From Trichodesmium erythraeum IMS101 (GTDB taxonomy: Bacteria; Cyanobacteriota; Cyanobacteriia; Cyanobacteriales; Microcoleaceae): DNA of 32,000 nucleotides. Under the pieces are notes generated by a model. That model saw only the letters and a program-made list of their open reading frames with translations. It was not told the DNA's origin and made no database searches. The stretch covers positions 7,650,001 to 7,682,000 of the forward strand of contig NC_008312.1 of the NCBI RefSeq assembly GCF_000014265.1, given 5' to 3'. Shown one piece after another: positions 26,243 to 32,000 of this stretch. The translations under genes and the position numbers were made by a program. Position 1 is the first letter of the stretch. Each line of letters begins with the position of its first letter.

Positions 26243-29200
26243 ATGGCTGACATTGCACTACGAGACGCTAAGACTATTGGTCAAGAAAACTTTGAATCAT
26301 GGAGTAAAGGCTTTAATCCAGATAATTATCTTGATGTATTGCCTCACCCAGATAAAGTAGTTCCCTTTTATAATCCAATTGAAGAGTGGCAAAATAACCC
26401 AGAAGCAAGCACCGGAGATTACTTTTCGAGCTGGGGCCCAAATGAGGTATTAGAAGCACAAATCTCAATGGAAGAGGTAGACCAATTAGAGGTACCAGGG
26501 CTGGGAATTCTTAGGTCAGGAGATGGTAGAGTACCGTGGTTACCCAGTCCTATTGATGGAGAACCTAGCTATACTCCTTATGAAGCACTTAGAGTCTATC
26601 AGGGTAAGGGTCCTGATGGTACAGCTTTGGACCCTAGAATTCCTGGACCATTGTTCATTACTGAACCAGGGGACAAAGTAAAACTTACTCTGACAAATAA
26701 TTTAACTAAAATAGAAGAAGCAGGAAATCACGCAGCTAATGTATTCTCTAACATACATACCCACGGTTTCCATACATCTCCTAGGGGTCGTGCTGATAAT
26801 GTGCTACATTTAATAGATTCTGGAGAAACCTTTGAATATGATATTCAGGTTCCCACAGACCAAACTTTGGGTATGAGCTGGTATCACCCTCACTTTCATG
26901 GACAGACTAATACCCAACTAGCAGCGGGGTTAGTCGGAGTAATGCAAGTTAACCCTAGATTCGATGAACCAGACCTAAATAAATGGGACCCAAGCTCAGA
27001 AAACTTCTATTTGATGACCCTTAATACTTTTGGCCTTCAGCAAGTAGATCGAAAAGGTTCACCAGACGACCCACTCAACCAAAACCCTAATATTTCATTA
27101 CCTGCAGGTACACCTATAGAAATCCAGGGATTTACGGATAATGGTGACCCCATTTATGAGCTATCGGATGCTCCATTTATAGGTTACAATGCATTACCAG
27201 ATCTCTATGACCCCGAACGACCTCTGGGTAGAAACGAAGATGGTACAAATAATCCCAATCTATTTGAATATGGCGGTGGTGTTTTAGAGGCACCAGCAGA
27301 AAACGTTATTCACACTATTAATGGCCAATACAATCCCACACTTGAATTAAAGACTGGTGAGTTACAAACATTTTCACTCTTGAATGCAGATGTTAATTCT
27401 CACCATATACTTCAGTTATACAAAGAAGGGATTGATGATGATGGTAATGTAATTCTTACCCTCCAGGAAATGACTTATGTAGGTCTTGATGGTGATTCTT
27501 TTCCAGGTCGGGCGACAGAAAAAATCCGCAGAACTATGGAGGATTCACCAATCTTTCAACCAGGGCAACGGATAACTATAGATCATTCTTTTGAAGAACC
27601 AGGTAAGTATTATTTACTCTCTAATGGTACCCCAGAAATTGTTGGTGAAGATAGCCCAGAGTTGATCCAGACAATGACCAATAAATTAAAAGAAGGCCAG
27701 AAATCTCAAGGATTTGATGATGGTCACTATACTTGGGGACCCCAGGTTTTGATGACCTTTGATGTAACGGGTCTAGAAAATGAGGCTAGTCCTATTCCAG
27801 AAGCCTATGATAGCCTAGCAACAAGAGTTGAAGCACTGATAGAAAGAGTAGATTCAGCTGAGAATGGTATTGGTGTACAACGGGAACGCACATATATCTG
27901 GAGTGCAAATATTGGTGGCGCGATCGCTGAAGGCAATGCTCCAGATGACCTAGAAGTAAAGACATTTGAGGGAACTTATAGAATTAATGGCGGGTATTTT
28001 GCAGGAGGAAATGAGACTCCACTGACAATGCCTATGTTAGGTACAGCGGAAATATGGAATGTTTTTAACATCTCTGGGTTAAAAGAAGAAAGTTTTACTC
28101 CAGATCTTCCCCTCTTAGAATGGCATCCATTCCACATTCACCAAAATCCTTTTACAGTTTTAGATATTAACGGTAAGCGACTAGCAGATTTAAATAATAC
28201 CTATCTACCTTATATAGAAGGGGATACCATTGCTCTACCTCCCACTTATCAGGATGGTACAGTTACAGACACGAACCCATACGGTGTAGCAGAAACTGAT
28301 GGTGATGCTTCCTTGGTCAGAATTTATATGCAGTTCAAAGACTATGACGGTAGCTTTGTTAACCATTGTCATATTCTGTTCCATGAAGATGCAGGTATGA
28401 TGGCAGTTGTGCGGGTGATTTTGAATACAAATGATACTTGGTTGGGTTTGAGCAATGAAGAAGGAGATGCTGATGGTACAAGTATAGAACTACTCCGGGG
28501 TAGTGGTATAACAGGACCAAGCCTTAATTTGAGACCTTTTGGTTCAAATTTCACAGGTGGGGTAGATATTAATATTGATGATGTTAATTCCTTGCTACCA
28601 TTTAACGGCAATAATGTTACGGATAATGTTACTGATGTTGTTGCTATGGAGATTGAAGGAGATCATACAATTCGAGTATTTGATGGTAGGTCATTATTTA
28701 ATCTCCAAGAACAAGGTATAACAGATGTTGATGGTGATAATACTAGCTTACAAATTACTCAATTTAATCCTTTTCAAGGAGTAAATAATATTGAGGGAGA
28801 AAAAGGATCTGTTGCTACTGGTGATATTAATGGGAATAACTTTGCTGACATAGTTACTGGTATCGTTACAGAAGACGGGGTCTCTATTGAGATTTACGAT
28901 GGTGGCGATTTTCAGCTGCTTACCCGTATACTTGTGGATGGATTAACCTCTAATGAAGATGATTTAGAGAATAATCTCAATATAGCAGTGGGAGATGCTA
29001 ATGGAGATAACTTTGATGATATCTATATCACCAATAAGGGCAAATTAACGATTTTAAATGGTATTGATATTGAGAAAAAGATCAAGCTAGATGAAAATAT
29101 TGATGGGAGTGATGTAGTAGTAATAGATGCTGTTAGTCCCTATGAAAATTATACAGGGGAGATTGAGATTACCTCTGGTTATCTACTGCAGCGACCTGAA

Positions 29201-30283
29201 CCTGAAGATGATATTGTTCCTACTTCTGATTTTGATTTGTCTAAGGAAGCTTTTAATACTACTGTTCAAACTAATTCTGCTAACATTACTACATTGGCTG
29301 TTGACAAAGAACAGTTAGCAGAGAGTGAAGAGCAGGTGAAGGTTTGGACTTACACTGGAGGAGGGCACCACGGACATGGAGGAGATGATGGTAAACATGG
29401 TGAGGGTAAACATAGTGATGATGACATGAAAACCATGGATGACATGGAAATGAGTCAGGCAGGGGACTCAGAGATGGAAATGAATGATGAGGCTAAAGAA
29501 GGAAAGTCTGCTCCGCCAATTCGTCTAGATGCTGAATTTACTCCTGAAAGTGATATTAAAAATTTATCTGGTACTTTTGCTGATGTCCCTGGTCATCAAC
29601 GAGGCGAACCAGTTTTATTTGTTCAAAATAAAGAAGGGATCCGGGAGATACTTCAGCTCCGGGATGGAAATCTCTTGGCAGAAAATAAAATTGGTACGAC
29701 AGGAAATAATCTCATTAATGGAGACAATAATGGTGACAATATCTACGGACTGGAAGGAGATGATACCCTTAATGGTAATTTTGGAAACGATTTGTTATAC
29801 GGTTTTCGAGGTATAGATTCCCTTAATGGTGGTGCAGGAAATGATTCTTTTCGTGGTGGAAAAGATGAGGATACTCTAAGAGGTGGAGAAGGATCGGATG
29901 TTCTTAATGGGGAAGAAGGAAATGATATCCTAATAGGTGGAGAAGGTTCCGATATATTTGTCTTTGATACTGATGAGATATTTGATCCTGAAATTTTAGG
30001 TATTGATTCAATAACTGACTTTAATGCATCAAAAGATTTAATCGAACTTGGAGCTATGAGTTTTACCAAATTTGAGACAACAGAAGATATACAGAAGAAT
30101 TTTGCTGTTGTTTCTAGTAATAGTGATGCTGCTACATCAGAAGGATTGATTGTTTACAGTAGTCAAAGCGGTAATTTGTACTATAATACTGATGGTACGG
30201 CTCCTGGTTTCGGAAGTGGCGGTCAATTTGCTACATTAGAAGGTAATTCAGACTTGGCCGCTAAGAACTTTATCTTGGGTTAG
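26243..30283 (+). CDS. Multicopper oxidase fused to FG-GAP/VCBS-like repeats, a His/Met/Asp-rich tract and C-terminal RTX (hemolysin-type calcium-binding) repeats
   Basis: A 1346-aa ORF with an ATG start. All four MCO copper-ligand motifs are present in order: HTHGFH, WYHPHFH, HPFHIH and HCHILFHEDAGMM. Further on come GDINGNNFADIV and GDANGDNFDDIY loops, then GGGHHGHGGDDGKHGEGKHSDDDMKTMDDMEMSQAGDSEMEMNDE. About 9 GGxGxD nonapeptides and a typical RTX-protein C-terminal tail complete the protein. There is no N-terminal signal peptide. Confidence 0.9.
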   Translation: MADIALRDAKTIGQENFESWSKGFNPDNYLDVLPHPDKVVPFYNPIEEWQNNPEASTGDYFSSWGPNEVLEAQISMEEVDQLEVPGLGILRSGDGRVPWLPSPIDGEPSYTPYEALRVYQGKGPDGTALDPRIPGPLFITEPGDKVKLTLTNNLTKIEEAGNHAANVFSNIHTHGFHTSPRGRADNVLHLIDSGETFEYDIQVPTDQTLGMSWYHPHFHGQTNTQLAAGLVGVMQVNPRFDEPDLNKWDPSSENFYLMTLNTFGLQQVDRKGSPDDPLNQNPNISLPAGTPIEIQGFTDNGDPIYELSDAPFIGYNALPDLYDPERPLGRNEDGTNNPNLFEYGGGVLEAPAENVIHTINGQYNPTLELKTGELQTFSLLNADVNSHHILQLYKEGIDDDGNVILTLQEMTYVGLDGDSFPGRATEKIRRTMEDSPIFQPGQRITIDHSFEEPGKYYLLSNGTPEIVGEDSPELIQTMTNKLKEGQKSQGFDDGHYTWGPQVLMTFDVTGLENEASPIPEAYDSLATRVEALIERVDSAENGIGVQRERTYIWSANIGGAIAEGNAPDDLEVKTFEGTYRINGGYFAGGNETPLTMPMLGTAEIWNVFNISGLKEESFTPDLPLLEWHPFHIHQNPFTVLDINGKRLADLNNTYLPYIEGDTIALPPTYQDGTVTDTNPYGVAETDGDASLVRIYMQFKDYDGSFVNHCHILFHEDAGMMAVVRVILNTNDTWLGLSNEEGDADGTSIELLRGSGITGPSLNLRPFGSNFTGGVDINIDDVNSLLPFNGNNVTDNVTDVVAMEIEGDHTIRVFDGRSLFNLQEQGITDVDGDNTSLQITQFNPFQGVNNIEGEKGSVATGDINGNNFADIVTGIVTEDGVSIEIYDGGDFQLLTRILVDGLTSNEDDLENNLNIAVGDANGDNFDDIYITNKGKLTILNGIDIEKKIKLDENIDGSDVVVIDAVSPYENYTGEIEITSGYLLQRPEPEDDIVPTSDFDLSKEAFNTTVQTNSANITTLAVDKEQLAESEEQVKVWTYTGGGHHGHGGDDGKHGEGKHSDDDMKTMDDMEMSQAGDSEMEMNDEAKEGKSAPPIRLDAEFTPESDIKNLSGTFADVPGHQRGEPVLFVQNKEGIREILQLRDGNLLAENKIGTTGNNLINGDNNGDNIYGLEGDDTLNGNFGNDLLYGFRGIDSLNGGAGNDSFRGGKDEDTLRGGEGSDVLNGEEGNDILIGGEGSDIFVFDTDEIFDPEILGIDSITDFNASKDLIELGAMSFTKFETTEDIQKNFAVVSSNSDAATSEGLIVYSSQSGNLYYNTDGTAPGFGSGGQFATLEGNSDLAAKNFILG
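26600..28420 (+). other. Multicopper-oxidase (cupredoxin) region of the 1346-aa protein
   Basis: The copper-ligand motifs are HTHGFH at 26756-26773, WYHPHFH at 26879-26899, HPFHIH at 28124-28141 and HCHILFHEDAGMM at 28364-28402. Confidence 0.85.
28565..29077 (+). other. FG-GAP/VCBS-like repeat region
   Basis: There are two clear Ca-binding-type loops, VATGDINGNNFADIVTG and IAVGDANGDNFDDIYIT. They are separated by about 55 aa, as in integrin-alpha-type propeller blades. Confidence 0.6.
29357..29491 (+). other. His/Met/Asp-rich low-complexity tract
   Basis: The tract is GGGHHGHGGDDGKHGEGKHSDDDMKTMDDMEMSQAGDSEMEMNDE. It has 6 His, 6 Met and 15 Asp/Glu in 45 residues. Confidence 0.9.
29699..29962 (+). 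other. RTX nonapeptide repeat block
   Basis: The block reads TGNNLINGDNNGDNIYGLEGDDTLNGNFGNDLLYGFRGIDSLNGGAGNDSFRGGKDEDTLRGGEGSDVLNGEEGNDILIGGEGSDIFVF. This is consecutive G-G-x-G-x-D-x-[LIF]-x units. Confidence 0.9.
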
Positions 30284-30297
30284 AATTAATTAATATT

Positions 30298-30328
30298 AGG
30301 GGGTATAGTTACCCCCTTCTGATATTTT
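30298..30328 (+). terminator. Rho-independent terminator of the MCO-RTX gene
   Basis: agggggta / tagt / taccccct is an 8-bp stem with a 4-nt loop, starting 15 nt after the TAG. A T-rich tail tctgatatttt follows. Confidence 0.7.
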
Positions 30329-30645
30329 GATATCTTATGTCAAATGTGGTTATATCAGTATAAATAAAGTATAAGGGGAAAGTATCAAATGCCTGATCAT
30401 CAATTAAGTTATAGACGTTGCATACAACATCTATAAAAAATGTGAATCATTTATATGCTCCTGGGGAACTAATGATCAGAAAAGTTATTCTACCTTGTAT
30501 TAATTACTCAATAGTTGAAGTTTCACATAAGCATAAGATATAGCATTATTTTTTTACTTTTAGTAAAACATTTACGTCGGATAAATATGGTTTTTTATAA
30601 CACTCTATTTGCAAGTGGATTTTATATTACAAACATAATTTAGGA

Positions 30646-30942
30646 ATGAGAAAATACATTATTTTGTCAATCTTTTTATTCATATTGTTTTTTGCTTTTG
30701 CGCGACCGGTAGCAGCATCTTTTTGCCGTAATGACAAGGGCAACAAAATTTGTATTCTCAATATTAAACGTAGCGCTAAAAACTATTGGGAATATCGAGC
30801 AGAAGTTAGTATTAATGGTGTAAGAAAGCCATTAGAAATTTATAATTGTCGGACTCAACAGAAAATTGAAAAGAATGGTAATATTGTCAAATTTTCATCA
30901 AATGGTGCAGGTAAATTGATTTGTAGTATTCTTAATAAATAA
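30646..30942 (+). CDS. Small secreted protein with four Cys (hypothetical)
   Basis: A 98-aa ORF. Its N-terminus MRKYIILSIFLFILFFAFARPVAAS is a Sec-type signal peptide with an A-x-A cleavage site. The mature part has 4 Cys (CRND...CILN...NCR...ICS). Confidence 0.6.
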   Translation: MRKYIILSIFLFILFFAFARPVAASFCRNDKGNKICILNIKRSAKNYWEYRAEVSINGVRKPLEIYNCRTQQKIEKNGNIVKFSSNGAGKLICSILNK

Positions 30943-31268
30943 TGATTAAGAAATAGGGAAGTTTTTTATGATAAATATCTCACAGAATATGGTATAAACA
31001 TTTAGCTGTGATGCAAATCCACTCCCTAAATACACATTCTTTTTTCACATTCTCTCTAACCATACCTTTATCTCATTACCTCCACAAAAAGATAATTTAT
31101 AAACAGGATTTAGTATGATTACTCTACTTCCCGCTTTTCCATATTCCCAGAATATAGAGCAATTTTTTTGACATTTAGTATAATAAATATCTGTTGCTTC
31201 TGTTCTGCAATTATCAGATTAAATATCTTCTCAATATGAGCCCATTTTTATCAGTAAAATATCAACCT

Positions 31269-31541
31269 TTAAAACTGAAATTCCTGACAATTTGCCTGTA
31301 CAATTTTTCTAACTTCTCCAGGCTCTAATTTCATTAATTTATGACTTGCTTGAATTTGAGTTGGTTGATTTTCTAACTGTTGACGCTCAATTAATTCCCA
31401 TTCTTCTGCTGTTTTTGTGTAGCGCCTAGATGTAGCTCTATCCATATTTAAAGATGTAGCAACCTCATTGAGAAAATCCCATCCTGGTTGATTACGCATT
31501 CTGTGTAAATAGCGAGTCATTATATCAATATCAATTTTCAT
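31269..31541 (-). CDS. Hypothetical protein (possible small DNA-binding protein)
   Basis: A 90-aa ORF with an ATG start and an AGGAA about 13 nt upstream. The segment LNEVATSLNMDRATSRRYTK looks helix-turn-helix-like. I recognise no family. Confidence 0.45.
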   Translation of the reverse strand: MKIDIDIMTRYLHRMRNQPGWDFLNEVATSLNMDRATSRRYTKTAEEWELIERQQLENQPTQIQASHKLMKLEPGEVRKIVQANCQEFQF

Positions 31542-32000
31542 AGTCTATTTTCCTGATTATTTTTGATCATTAAAATTATAGCGCCGTGTACAAGTCAAAA
31601 GTTATAAGTCACAAGTTAAAAGTAATATCTGAATGAGTTTTTCATGTCCCAATACTCCGCTGAGTCAATTTATCAATGTCCGTACCTAAGTGAGTCGTCC
31701 TATCTTTATAAATATTAGACATCTCCAAAAATGTCAATTTTAGAATAAATATAGAGGGGTAAAGGGTGAGATATTACAGGGGTAAGTTTTTAAGCAAGAG
31801 TTAAGTAATCAGTTTTATTTAGTATAAAATATCTAAGAAAATGTAATTTATTATACAATAAATATCTGATAATTTATTCTAGCCTTTATCTTCTCAAGGT
31901 TTTTGAGCAACTGTGACATCAAAGATAAAAAACTTACCCTTCTAAGGAGGGAGAGATAGGGAATATTTTTTAACCTTTTTCCCCTATTGGTTCTCTACCT

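Noticed and set aside
28369-30069. Alternative-frame and antisense ORFs inside the MCO-RTX gene (28369..28611, 29127..29318, 29529..29816, 29743..30069)
   Set aside because: They are frame artefacts. For example, 29743..30069 is the Pro/Ser-rich antisense reading of the GGxGxD codon periodicity.
30389-30436. 15-codon mini-ORF (MPDHQLSYRRCIQHL) with an AAGGGGA box upstream, between the MCO terminator and the small secreted protein gene
   Set aside because: It is too short to evaluate without conservation data, and I recognise no family.
31591-31625. Imperfect direct repeat caagtcaaaagtta / caagttaaaagtaa upstream of the 90-aa ORF
   Set aside because: It is low-complexity A-rich sequence with mismatches and cannot be distinguished from chance.

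Overview
This is an AT-rich cyanobacterial chromosome segment. It carries at least 10 copies of the HIP1 octamer GCGATCGC and a petL gene. Only about 55% of the window is intact CDS, which resembles Trichodesmium-type genomes (inference only).

Layout:
(1) 1-2975: the 3' end of a HEAT-repeat gene, a decayed IS5-type transposase, aroB (-) and a 33-codon petL (+) that the ORF track misses.
(2) 3000-11530: an insertion-sequence graveyard with frameshifted or stop-riddled remnants of IS66-, IS4-, IS630- and IS5-type transposases. It also holds a 182-bp tandem duplication and a roughly 340-bp dispersed repeat family. The only intact gene here is a 609-aa ABC-class ATPase (COG3044/PF09818 type), bracketed by two inverted copies of that repeat.
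(3) 11583-21188, all on the minus strand: LD-carboxypeptidase, then an Rsb/Spo-like partner-switching cluster interleaved with glycogen catabolism. In transcription order it reads AGE-family barrel protein, STAS, GlgX, STAS, GAF-PP2C phosphatase, RsbW-like kinase. The last five genes are in the same order as the Synechocystis icfG cluster.
(4) 21984-25243, minus strand: four small enzyme-like genes (DJ-1/PfpI, NTF2/SnoaL-like, tandem EthD, carboxymuconolactone-decarboxylase family) separated by long ORF-free spacers.
(5) 26243-30283, plus strand: a 1346-aa protein with no signal peptide. It fuses a complete multicopper oxidase to FG-GAP-like repeats, a His/Met/Asp-rich tract and a C-terminal RTX block. 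A clean terminator and a small Cys-containing secreted protein follow.

No tRNA, rRNA or CRISPR array was found. The most interesting items are the MCO-RTX fusion, the four-gene enzyme cluster next to it, the icfG-like cluster with its extra features, and the repeat-bracketed ATPase.
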